Below, piece by piece: positions 24,949-32,810 of a stretch of 64,000 nucleotides of DNA (position 1 is the stretch's first letter; each line of letters opens with the position of its first letter). The stretch is taken from assembly GCA_017535725.1 (NCBI GenBank), contig JAFXTO010000002.1, positions 21,752 to 85,751 of the forward strand, read 5' to 3'. Below the pieces are notes generated by a model. It was not told the origin of the DNA. It ran no database searches and worked only from the letters and a program-made list of their open reading frames with translations. The DNA comes from Bacteroidaceae bacterium. GTDB lineage: Bacteria; Bacteroidota; Bacteroidia; Bacteroidales; Bacteroidaceae. The position numbers and the translations under genes were made by a program.

Positions 24949-25995
24949 TTAATTTTCCATTGCGGAGGTGGCTTTCTTTGCAACCGTCCGTGTGACTAAC
25001 CATACTATCAGCATTCCTACGGCTGCGAGCAGCACGAAGACAAGGGCCAAAGGCAACATGGGCTTCAACAGGTCCTGCTTGGGCACGACGACAGCTATGG
25101 CCCATTCGATATTTTCTATCGGACCGTAGTACACCGTACAGGGCACGCCGCCCACATTCATGTCGAGCTCTCCACCTTTCTTCTGTGCCAGATTCAGGAG
25201 GGCATCATGATCGGTGATGGAAAACGACAGCTCCTCGGGGTGCGCGATACTGGTTCCGTCGATGTCGAGAATCAAGGAGTAGAAATCGAGGTCCTTGGAC
25301 ATCATCTGGTATTTATTGAGCTGTTGGTCGTGCTTGCTGGACTCATCCACCCACTCCAGTTCCTTGGCCAGCCACTCGAACTTCATGTCCGCTCCGCAGA
25401 CACACGCCAGGCGCCCGTTGCCGTCGTAGAGGGGCTTGATAAACGTCGTGTAGTGTCCGCTCATGCTGGTGCCATCGTAGTAATAATAAGGTTCGGACCA
25501 GAATGTCTCGCCAGTCTTCTTGGCTTGGACATACCACGGAGACTTGGTATAGTTGTGGCGTGCGGAGCCCACTTGGCGGTACTCAAAGCCCGTGACGTCG
25601 GGCTGGTAGATATACGGCTCAAACCACGTGCCCTGCTCCGGGAAATAGTCGAGTTCGAAAGCGGCAAAGTAACCTCGGGTGTCGCGGTTGAGGTTGGCCT
25701 TGCGCCTCAGGGCGGTAATCACGTTCTCCGGGGTGTCCATGTTCGCACTTACCTCGTCAAAGACATTCTGCGCACTCAACTCCACGCCTCGGACGACGCG
25801 GGAAACCTTCTCCGCAGAGACATTCTTAATGCCCATGTAGCGGGCGTAGGCTTCCGCCTTTACGGTCTGATAACAAAACCAAAAAGCCGTCGAAAGCGTG
25901 GCAATCAAGACCACGAAAACCGTAATCAGGACATTGCGTGTCAATCGGCTGTCCTGTATAGATGTTTCTTTCACTGGAATACTGGTTGTTTTCAC
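24949..25995 (-). CDS. Membrane-anchored Cache-domain protein without an output domain
   Basis: TM, roughly 260-aa extracytoplasmic aromatic-rich domain (SPWYVQAKKTGETFWSEPYYYYDG), TM, then stop. Confidence 0.8.
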   Translation of the reverse strand: MKTTSIPVKETSIQDSRLTRNVLITVFVVLIATLSTAFWFCYQTVKAEAYARYMGIKNVSAEKVSRVVRGVELSAQNVFDEVSANMDTPENVITALRRKANLNRDTRGYFAAFELDYFPEQGTWFEPYIYQPDVTGFEYRQVGSARHNYTKSPWYVQAKKTGETFWSEPYYYYDGTSMSGHYTTFIKPLYDGNGRLACVCGADMKFEWLAKELEWVDESSKHDQQLNKYQMMSKDLDFYSLILDIDGTSIAHPEELSFSITDHDALLNLAQKKGGELDMNVGGVPCTVYYGPIENIEWAIAVVVPKQDLLKPMLPLALVFVLLAAVGMLIVWLVTRTVAKKATSAMEN

Positions 25996-26028
25996 CTTTT
26001 TATTATATTTTATGCAAAATTTCGACTC

Positions 26029-27753
26029 TTAGGAGATGGGGTGCCCCAATGCCTCCTGATAGGTGCGGTTCTTTAACACCGCAGTCCGTGCGCTTTTGGG
26101 TAATTGACAGTAGAAGCGTGTGCCGCTGGTGTATTCCGCATCGTGCCAGATACGGCCGTGCAACAGACGGGTGATGGACTGGCAGATATTGAAGTTCATG
26201 CCCACATAGCGGACCTTGTTGCCCTTCTCGGAGAACATACCTATCACATTGGCAGCAGGCTTATTACCCAGTCCGGCGCTGGTGTCCGTGACGCTGAGCA
26301 GCACGTTGTCGCCATCCTCCTGGCAGAGCAACTTGATGTATCCCTTGTGGGTGAAACGCGCTGAGTAGTGCAGCAGGTGCGCCAGGAGTTTCCTCAGCGC
26401 CTCGGGCTCCGTCTGAATCTCAAAGTCATCGGGTAACGTGGTCTGGAACATCACATAGACACCCTTATAGCAATGAGGCTGTGTGGAATCGGCCACGCGG
26501 TTACACAGCTTATTGAGGTGTACGGATGCAGAGAGGTCCAGTTCTTCCTTGCTCTCGAAGAAGGACAGCTCGTTCAAGTCCGTCAGCGCACGCTCGGCGT
26601 CTTTCCGCTCGTAGGCCAACGACCTGTTGTCGTGCCGGAGCTGCCGGATGGTGCGACGTTCTATCCAGAGGAAGACCAGCAGGAGGACGATCAGCAGGCC
26701 CACAAAGATCGAGACCGTGAGTTTCTGCTGTCGTTCGCTCTCACTTTCCAGCTGATTCCGCTGCAACTGCAGGTGTGCCTCATTCATCTGTTCATAGTAG
26801 CTGGCAACCACGTCCTCGTGGGACTCCTGCATGATGGAATCGCTAATCCTCTTATATTCCTGCATGTACTGGTATGCCCGCGCGTCGTCGCCCATGCGAT
26901 GGTAGATGAGCGCCTTCCGCTCGTTGCGCCTATCCACCTTCAGTCGCTCCACAAGTTCCAGGGCCTTGTCATACTCTCCGTTGATGATATGATAGTCCAC
27001 TTCAACCTGAAGTCGCTGCATGCTGATTTCCTCGAGCGGCTTCAGCACCTTCAGTTCATGGCTGTAGCGATTGAACTCCGTCACATCATCCTTGCGGAAG
27101 GCCACCTCGCAGAGCTGGCACAAGGCTTTCTCCTTGCGAATGAGGAGCGTATTCGGTTCTTCCAGAATCTGGCGTGCGTACTTCGCACTGGCCTCGTCGT
27201 CATTCCGATGGACGGCTATCATCATGAGTTCCAGCAAGTCCTCTCCGGCACTCTCGAGGGGGAAACGTCTGTGGTGGTACTCCACCGCTTCTATGAAGGC
27301 CGCTTCGGCACCGCTATAGTCCTGCTTCTGCAGGAGCACCATGGCTTTCGTGTGCAGGTAGGCGTATTCACCGAACACGCTGGCATGTTCCTCGGCATAT
27401 TCCAGGATGCTCTCGGCAATATCCAGTCCCTCCTGATAGTTCTGCTGCGTGGCCTCAAAGACAGCCTGTGTGCCCCACGCCTTGTAGAACCTCCGCTCGT
27501 CGCCCACTTCCAGGCTGGCCGCTTTCAGTTCTTCGGTGATGCCGATGAACCGTTCCCGGTCCTTCGTGCCGAAAGAGGTCAGCATCTCTTCCTCCAAACG
27601 GACGACATCTTCCTGTTGCACGGCGCCCGCAGGCATACAGAAGAACAGCCCCGTAACGAGCAGCAGCAGAAAACGTCTCACGAGCTGCGGCAGAGATTGT
27701 CTTACGTGCTGCGGCAGAAATCGTCTTGTATTTATCTTGTCGAATAAAATCAT
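26029..27753 (-). CDS. TPR-repeat membrane protein with a C-terminal histidine-kinase-like ATPase domain (no clear H-box)
   Basis: Signal/TM, TPR-like helices, TM (LTVSIFVGLLIVLLLVFLWI), then an HATPase-like end (VTDTSAGLG..GMNFNICQSI). I could not find a HExxxPL-type motif. Confidence 0.78.
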   Translation of the reverse strand: MILFDKINTRRFLPQHVRQSLPQLVRRFLLLLVTGLFFCMPAGAVQQEDVVRLEEEMLTSFGTKDRERFIGITEELKAASLEVGDERRFYKAWGTQAVFEATQQNYQEGLDIAESILEYAEEHASVFGEYAYLHTKAMVLLQKQDYSGAEAAFIEAVEYHHRRFPLESAGEDLLELMMIAVHRNDDEASAKYARQILEEPNTLLIRKEKALCQLCEVAFRKDDVTEFNRYSHELKVLKPLEEISMQRLQVEVDYHIINGEYDKALELVERLKVDRRNERKALIYHRMGDDARAYQYMQEYKRISDSIMQESHEDVVASYYEQMNEAHLQLQRNQLESESERQQKLTVSIFVGLLIVLLLVFLWIERRTIRQLRHDNRSLAYERKDAERALTDLNELSFFESKEELDLSASVHLNKLCNRVADSTQPHCYKGVYVMFQTTLPDDFEIQTEPEALRKLLAHLLHYSARFTHKGYIKLLCQEDGDNVLLSVTDTSAGLGNKPAANVIGMFSEKGNKVRYVGMNFNICQSITRLLHGRIWHDAEYTSGTRFYCQLPKSARTAVLKNRTYQEALGHPIS

Positions 27754-27791
27754 TAAAACTTCAATTACTTTTCCCTATATCAAATAGTGCG

Positions 27792-27799
27792 CAAAGGTA
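27792..27799 (-). promoter_or_regulatory. -7 promoter element (TACCTTTG) for the sensor operon
   Basis: TAnnTTTG on the minus strand, 39-46 nt upstream of the ATG at 27753. Confidence 0.4.
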
Positions 27800-27985
27800 C
27801 AACTTTTTTTTCATATTACCGCACTTTTCACCATATATTTTCCACTTTTCCCACAAGTTCACCCCATTTTCTTCTCTTCCGCCGCATTTCAACTCTATTT
27901 TAACCGTCCGCTCGGCGCTTCCGCCGCTTGACCCTTCAAGAATCCTCGTCAAGCAAACCATCAATCTGCATTCTCTCCCGTCCTG

Positions 27986-28197
27986 CCTTGGTCAAGTCTG
28001 CGAGCGTGAGCAGACTCGCCTTGGTCAAAGTGGTCAAGTCTGCGATTAAGTGAGTGCAATGATGCTTGCATCAATTGCCGAACGTGAGCAGACTCGCCAT
28101 TGGTCACAATGGTCAAGTCTGCGATTTAGTGAGTGCAATGATGCTTGCTTCAATTGCCGAACGTGAGCAGACTCGCCATTGGTCAAAGTGGTCAAGG
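27986..28197. repeat. Tandem repeat, about 79-bp unit, about 2.5 copies
   Basis: cgtgagcagactcgcc recurs at 28005, 28083 and 28162. Units 28005-28082 and 28083-28161 are near identical. Eight TGGTCA motifs lie in direct orientation between 27989 and 28209. Confidence 0.85.
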
Positions 28198-28321
28198 TCA
28201 AAATGGTCAAAATCGATTTCTGCTTGTCAAAATCCGCCACTATATATAAATATTTATATTTATATATAGTGAGCCAAATGACCGAATCCAAAAACGAAAA
28301 TGACCATTTTGACCTTGACCA
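28189..28321. repeat. Perfect 21-bp inverted repeat flanking an AT-rich palindrome
   Basis: tggtcaaggtcaaaatggtca (28189-28209) is the exact reverse complement of 28301-28321. A second 17-bp inverted pair lies at 28101-28117 and 28314-28330. Confidence 0.9.
28238..28271. repeat. AT-rich palindrome (14-bp arms, 6-nt spacer)
   Basis: cactatatataaat-atttat-atttatatatagtg. Confidence 0.9.
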
Positions 28322-28478
28322 TTGTGACCACTTTCTTGATGGGGCATCCCTTTAGGGTGCATCTTCCCTGTCGTCGGATAATCCGGGGGTACTGCGCACC
28401 CCCGGTTACTGAGCGGAGACGCTTTTAGCGTCTTTTGCAGGATGCAAATCATTAGGGTGGGAAACTTTAGTTATTTAA

Positions 28479-28702
28479 CGTCAATCGTCAATCTGCGCCA
28501 ACCTATTCGTCAATCTAATCATAAATAATTCATGAAAAATTCACGGATAAATTCATGAAAAATTCGTGTAAAATACCTCATTTCGTCACTTCGTCACCGA
28601 TTTGTCACCTTCGTCACACTTTCCGTCACACTTATAAACAATTAATTGTCAATATAAATACGCATTAAAAATCCCCTTTTGTGACGAAATGACGGGATTT
28701 TT
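28479..28702. repeat. Cluster of short direct and inverted repeats (second module)
   Basis: CGTCAATC x3 (28479, 28486, 28508). AATTCATGAAAAATTC x2 (28527, 28550). (C/T)GTCAC x5 (28584-28629), with inverted GTGACG/TGACGG at 28681-28695. Palindrome acaattaattgt at 28638-28649. 9-bp arms aaaaatccc/gggattttt at 28667-28675 and 28694-28702. Confidence 0.85.
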
Positions 28703-28770
28703 CATCTTTTCGTGCCCGCGCGCGTATAGGGGCGCGAAACAAGGATGAACCACAAACAAGGTAGGGACGA

Positions 28771-28818
28771 GTTGACAAGTTGATGAGTTGACAAGTTGAC
28801 GAGTTGACGAGTTGACAA
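28771..28818. repeat. 8-bp tandem repeat GTTGA(C/T)(A/G)A x6
   Basis: Copies start at 28771, 28779, 28787, 28795, 28803 and 28811. Confidence 0.9.
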
Positions 28819-28906
28819 ACACATAAGGACGAAAACTCAAACACGTAAGGACGATATTACAAACACGTACGGACGATATTGCAAACTCGTACGGACGAGT
28901 GAATCG
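28819..28906. repeat. 22-bp tandem repeat x4 (iteron-like)
   Basis: acacataaggacgaaaactcaa / acacgtaaggacgatattacaa / acacgtacggacgatattgcaa / actcgtacggacgagtgaatcg, in exact 22-bp register. Confidence 0.85.
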
Positions 28907-28927
28907 TTTGACAACTGTCAAACGATT
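28902..28927. repeat. 26-bp palindrome (12-bp perfect arms, 2-nt spacer), operator-like
   Basis: aatcgtttgaca-ac-tgtcaaacgatt. Confidence 0.9.
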
Positions 28928-29060
28928 TGTGCGTCTGTATCTATTGGGGAATGATTATAGATTGATGAGCCAATCATTAAGGCAGAGAAGGGGATAAAAG
29001 AAAGCCTCTCTGCGAGGGGGACAGAGAGGCGAGACGTGAAGCAGACAGTTGAGTCTATCG

Positions 29061-29867
29061 TTATTGATTTACAAGTTGTTGGCAGAGGACTGGGTCGTTG
29101 GTGGTGATGTAATCCACACCCAGGTCGCGCATAGCTTCGATATCCTCAGCTTTATCCACGGTCCAGACGTTGACATTCATCCCCAGGTCGTGCGCCTCCT
29201 TCACCCATTCGGGATGCTTGCGGAAAACGTTGATGTGGTAGTCCAGCCCTGTCAGTCCCATGGCATGCAGTTCTGCCGGAGTACGGTCGCCGCTGAGATA
29301 AGCCACTTCGGCCTGTGGCGCCAGTTGGTGAATGGTCTCGCACGCTTCGATGGAGAAGGAAATGTACATGACGCGCTCCTCGAGTTTGCGGCTCCGGATG
29401 GCTTTCACGGCTGCTTCGGCGCACTCGCGGCTACGTTGAGGCTCGCGGTGGTTCTTCACCTCCACCACCAATTTTGTCGGGCTCTTGCTCTTCTTCAGAA
29501 TCTTCAGCAGGTCTTTCAGCTGCGGCATGGCCTCACCGTTTTTCAGACGTAGGCGCTTGCAGGCGGCATAGGTGGTGTCCTGAACGGTGACGCCCTTGTA
29601 GGTGGCGTCGTGGTTGACCATGATATGTCCGTCGCGCGTCAGCCAGATGTCTATCTCGGAACCGAAAATCCCGAGATCCAGCGCCCGTTGCAGGGAGGTC
29701 CTCGAGTTCTGAGCCGAGCCCTCGGGCTGCCAGTCACCTCGATGGGCTATGGTCTGGGTGCGGGGCAACGGCTGGGCGACGGCCACGCTACTCGTGGTCG
29801 CCACCAGCAGAAATATTGCGAAGAGACATGAAATGCACCTGCGAATCATCATCGAGACAACTTTCAA
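29061..29867 (-). CDS. Glycerophosphodiester phosphodiesterase (secreted)
   Basis: Signal peptide, then IAHRGDW..ENSRTSLQRALDLG..SEIDIWLTRDGHIMVNHD, the GDPD signature. Confidence 0.88.
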   Translation of the reverse strand: MKVVSMMIRRCISCLFAIFLLVATTSSVAVAQPLPRTQTIAHRGDWQPEGSAQNSRTSLQRALDLGIFGSEIDIWLTRDGHIMVNHDATYKGVTVQDTTYAACKRLRLKNGEAMPQLKDLLKILKKSKSPTKLVVEVKNHREPQRSRECAEAAVKAIRSRKLEERVMYISFSIEACETIHQLAPQAEVAYLSGDRTPAELHAMGLTGLDYHINVFRKHPEWVKEAHDLGMNVNVWTVDKAEDIEAMRDLGVDYITTNDPVLCQQLVNQ

Positions 29868-29900
29868 TACCTATTTATTCTATTGTTTTCGGCAACAAGG

Positions 29901-31988
29901 TTATTTGAAGTCTGCCCAGTCGTCGGTGCGGAAGGGACCTACGGGCAGTCCGCTGACGGTCTTCAGGTCGCAGGTTGGATTGTCGGCCCAGGCGTAGCGA
30001 ACGGCAATGGGAAGCGCCACTTCGGGGCATTCGACGATGACGCGCTGCATCCAGCGCTCGCCTTCCACACGAGCCTTAGCGACGTGCCATTGGTGGTCGG
30101 GACCCGCAATGGAGAAGCCCTTGATATCGTCGTTCTGTGCCAAGGCGTCGCTGCCCTGAACGGGACGGAAGGTGAGGATGGCTTTGCCCTCGCTGACACG
30201 CATCTGCATATATTCAGGTGCTGCGCAGGGCTCCTCGCGACCATAGGTGCGGTTGAGGGCGAGCAGGGCCAGGCGGCGACCCACCTCCTGCTTGTTCTTC
30301 GGGTGGATATCCATCGCCATACCTATATCTATATTCACCATCATTCCTACGCCGTCGAGCTTGGTGGCCTGTCGCTGTGCCTCGCGGATAGCAGCCCAGT
30401 CAGACTGCGGCTGCAGGTCTTTCTCCCAGCGGTAGTTGGCAATCTGAACGAAGTAGAAGGGGAGTGCCTTGGAGTCGGCTTGGGCAAAGAAGCGGCGACG
30501 CTCGTCCTGCTGTGCGGGTTTCGGATAGGCCGCTACCACCGCATTCTTGTTGAACTTGGCCTGCCAGTCGAGAATCATCGCCTGGAAGAGGCTTTCGTAC
30601 TGCACGGCTCGACCCACGTTGGAGCAGCCCTGATACCAGAGGAAGCCGCGAACGGGCATATCGAGGAAGGGAGCCACCATCGCGTTCCAGAGGTTGGCGG
30701 GGTACCACGAGTCGTTGAGGGGCTTCGGTTCTACGATAGCCGATATGTTTTTCACCTGCGTGGCGTCCATACTCTTTTGCCAGCTCCATTCTCCAGCCAG
30801 GGAAATCGTGGTGGAGCCGGAGGTGATATTGAAGGCGTCGGCTGCGGCGTTGAAGCCACCGTTGCCGCTGGTATCGTAGATACGAACGGTCAGCACGTTG
30901 CGACCAGCCTGCACGAGACGGCCAGGGACGTTGTAAGAACGCTTGGCACTCCATCCGGCGGTCATCCCAACGCTCTCGCCATTCCAGTAGGTGACATCCT
31001 CATCGTCGATACCTCCGAGGTTCAGTTTCAAGTCCTTACCAGCAATAGGAGCAGGGATATCAACCACGCGGCGCATCCATACAACTCCGTCGAAGTCCTT
31101 CAGCGCAGCGTCGTTGTCCCATTGCGTGGGCTGTTGCTGCTTTGCCCAGCTGCTGTCGTCAAAGTCAGTGGCCGCCCAAGGCGCACGGCGCAGGTTGCCC
31201 TCTTCCAGGCCTGCATCAGCGCCGAAGGCTTCCTTCATCCATTCAAGGCGCTCGTCCTGATAGAGTTGCTTGAGTTTCTGCTCGTCGTAGCCAGCTTCTG
31301 CGGCCCGCTGCTCATGTTTCTCGAAACCGGTGACGCCCTTCAGCGCCTCGTTGCTGGTCCAGCTCTCAGCAGGCGTTCCGCCCCATGAGCTGTTGACCAC
31401 ACCAATGGCAATACCCAGTTTCTGCGACACCTCGCGGGCAAAGAAATAGGCACAGGCGGAGAACTCTTCCACCATTTCGGGCGAGCAGACAGCCCAGCCC
31501 TTGGTGTGCCCCTGCGGCACGGTGGTCTGCGGGGTGAGGGCTACGGCGTGTCCGACTTGGAAGAGACGTACCAACGGGTGGTTGGCAGCAGCCACTTCCT
31601 GTTCGAAGTTCAGCACCTTGCCCCAGCCTTTCACGGGCATTTCCATATTCGACTGTCCGCTGCAGAACCAGACTTCTCCCGCCATCACATCCTCGAGGAC
31701 GAGTTTCTTGCCATCGTCGAAGGTGATGGAGTAGGGGCCTCCAGCACGGGGCACACGGAGGTCGAAGGCAAAGGCACCAGTCTGCTTGTCGGCCTGGATT
31801 TTCTGAGTCTGCTGGTCCCAAGAGGCGGTAATCTTGACGGTGGCGCCTTTCTTGGCAGTAGCGTTGAGGTGAACGGTGGTCTGTTGCTGAAGAACCATGT
31901 GAGAGGTCATCCAGCCAGGCAATTGGACTTCTGCCTGTACGGCCAAGGTGGTAAGTACCAAGGCCAATGAGAGGAGTCGTTTCTTCAT
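29901..31988 (-). CDS. Sialate O-acetylesterase-family protein (SGNH/DUF303 type)
   Basis: Signal peptide. GEVWFCSGQSNMEMPV catalytic Ser block. 695 aa. Confidence 0.82.
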   Translation of the reverse strand: MKKRLLSLALVLTTLAVQAEVQLPGWMTSHMVLQQQTTVHLNATAKKGATVKITASWDQQTQKIQADKQTGAFAFDLRVPRAGGPYSITFDDGKKLVLEDVMAGEVWFCSGQSNMEMPVKGWGKVLNFEQEVAAANHPLVRLFQVGHAVALTPQTTVPQGHTKGWAVCSPEMVEEFSACAYFFAREVSQKLGIAIGVVNSSWGGTPAESWTSNEALKGVTGFEKHEQRAAEAGYDEQKLKQLYQDERLEWMKEAFGADAGLEEGNLRRAPWAATDFDDSSWAKQQQPTQWDNDAALKDFDGVVWMRRVVDIPAPIAGKDLKLNLGGIDDEDVTYWNGESVGMTAGWSAKRSYNVPGRLVQAGRNVLTVRIYDTSGNGGFNAAADAFNITSGSTTISLAGEWSWQKSMDATQVKNISAIVEPKPLNDSWYPANLWNAMVAPFLDMPVRGFLWYQGCSNVGRAVQYESLFQAMILDWQAKFNKNAVVAAYPKPAQQDERRRFFAQADSKALPFYFVQIANYRWEKDLQPQSDWAAIREAQRQATKLDGVGMMVNIDIGMAMDIHPKNKQEVGRRLALLALNRTYGREEPCAAPEYMQMRVSEGKAILTFRPVQGSDALAQNDDIKGFSIAGPDHQWHVAKARVEGERWMQRVIVECPEVALPIAVRYAWADNPTCDLKTVSGLPVGPFRTDDWADFK

Positions 31989-32004
31989 GATGATAGGTAT
32001 GTGA

Positions 32005-32799
32005 TTAAAGTACGCTGACGAGTCTGCTAAAAAGCCAGATGTCTTCAGGGTGGGTTATTTTAAGGTTCACGCGCTCGCCACGTGACTTGTAGAGTGGCCA
32101 GCGGTGGAGTTCTGCCATGAGGGTATAGAGCGACTGGGAGTCCTCGATGCCCTTTTGCCTGGCTTCGTCGAAGACTTCTACGAGGGTGCTTAGAGGGAAG
32201 GTCTGTGGTGTCTGTGCTCCCCAGAGTTGTTCGCGCGGAATCATGCCTGTTCCCTTGGTGGCGTCGCCAGTAAGGAATGCTTCCTCGCCCTGAAGTGCCG
32301 CTATGGCACTACCGTGACGGCTGCAGACGTTGATGGCATCTGTGATGACAGCAGAGGAAACGAGGGGACGCACGCCGTCGTGGACGAGGATGATGGGGTC
32401 GGAGAAGGCATCGGCGGACGAATCGACGACTTCGGCTTCCTCAGAAGGAGAAGAGGGATTCGCGGGGCTGGAAGAAGAATCGGGATTCGGGTAGAGTCCG
32501 GCGAGGTGACGGACGCCGTTGCGGATAGATGCAAAACAGCTGTCTCCAGCGGAAATGGTGCCGCGGAATTTGTTGAAAGCCAGCTCTGTGGCAGCACGCT
32601 GGACCAGATGTGACCACTCATCGCGGCAAACAACGAAGACACCATCAATGAGCGGGTGACGGTCGAAGGCGCGCATGGTATAGGCCAGAATGGGAATGCC
32701 CTCTATCTGGACATATTGCTTGGGCACGCTCTGCGCAGCGCGGGTGCCGTCGCCGCCAGCCAGTAGGAGTGCTATATTGGATCTATGGTATGCTGTCAT
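32005..32799 (-). CDS. IspD/TarI-family cytidylyltransferase with a Ser/Pro-rich insertion
   Basis: LLAGGDGTRA..PKQYV..ILVHDGVRP motifs. Start chosen at MTAYHRS (32799), because the longer tracked ORF overlaps the upstream gene. Insertion is PNPDSSSSPANPSSPSEEAEVVDSSADAFSD. Confidence 0.78.
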   Translation of the reverse strand: MTAYHRSNIALLLAGGDGTRAAQSVPKQYVQIEGIPILAYTMRAFDRHPLIDGVFVVCRDEWSHLVQRAATELAFNKFRGTISAGDSCFASIRNGVRHLAGLYPNPDSSSSPANPSSPSEEAEVVDSSADAFSDPIILVHDGVRPLVSSAVITDAINVCSRHGSAIAALQGEEAFLTGDATKGTGMIPREQLWGAQTPQTFPLSTLVEVFDEARQKGIEDSQSLYTLMAELHRWPLYKSRGERVNLKITHPEDIWLFSRLVSVL

Positions 32800-32810
32800 A
32801 ACGGTCGATT

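Noticed and set aside
26473-27747. 424-aa + strand ORF, and similar ORFs at 21468-22208, 22542-23246, 23587-24306 and 25207-26076
   Set aside because: All are antisense shadows of the minus-strand sensor operon. The sense products have TM, Cache, HAMP and HATPase features; these do not.
27986-28330. Possible CRISPR array
   Set aside because: The roughly 79-bp units are near-identical over their full length. There is no alternation of constant repeats and unique spacers, no cas genes are present, and only about 2.5 copies exist.
28649-28921. 90-aa minus-strand ORF, plus ORFs 27726-28049, 28046-28291, 28066-28269 and 28240-28452
   Set aside because: They translate tandem DNA repeats (for example VNSSTRQLVNSSTCQLV and YININIYI). 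They have no start context or recognisable fold, so they are treated as non-coding.
27754-29060. Chromosomal replication origin (oriC)
   Set aside because: I found no cluster of DnaA boxes (TTATCCACA or its complement), and dnaA/dnaN are not adjacent. The repeats use other motif words, so only a generic origin-like or operator-like interpretation is kept.
29883-31388. 501-aa ORF on the + strand
   Set aside because: It lies entirely antisense to the sialate O-acetylesterase-family gene, which has a signal peptide and a catalytic GQSNM block. The translation is low-complexity and Gly/Val/Ala-rich, typical of a shadow ORF in GC-rich coding DNA.
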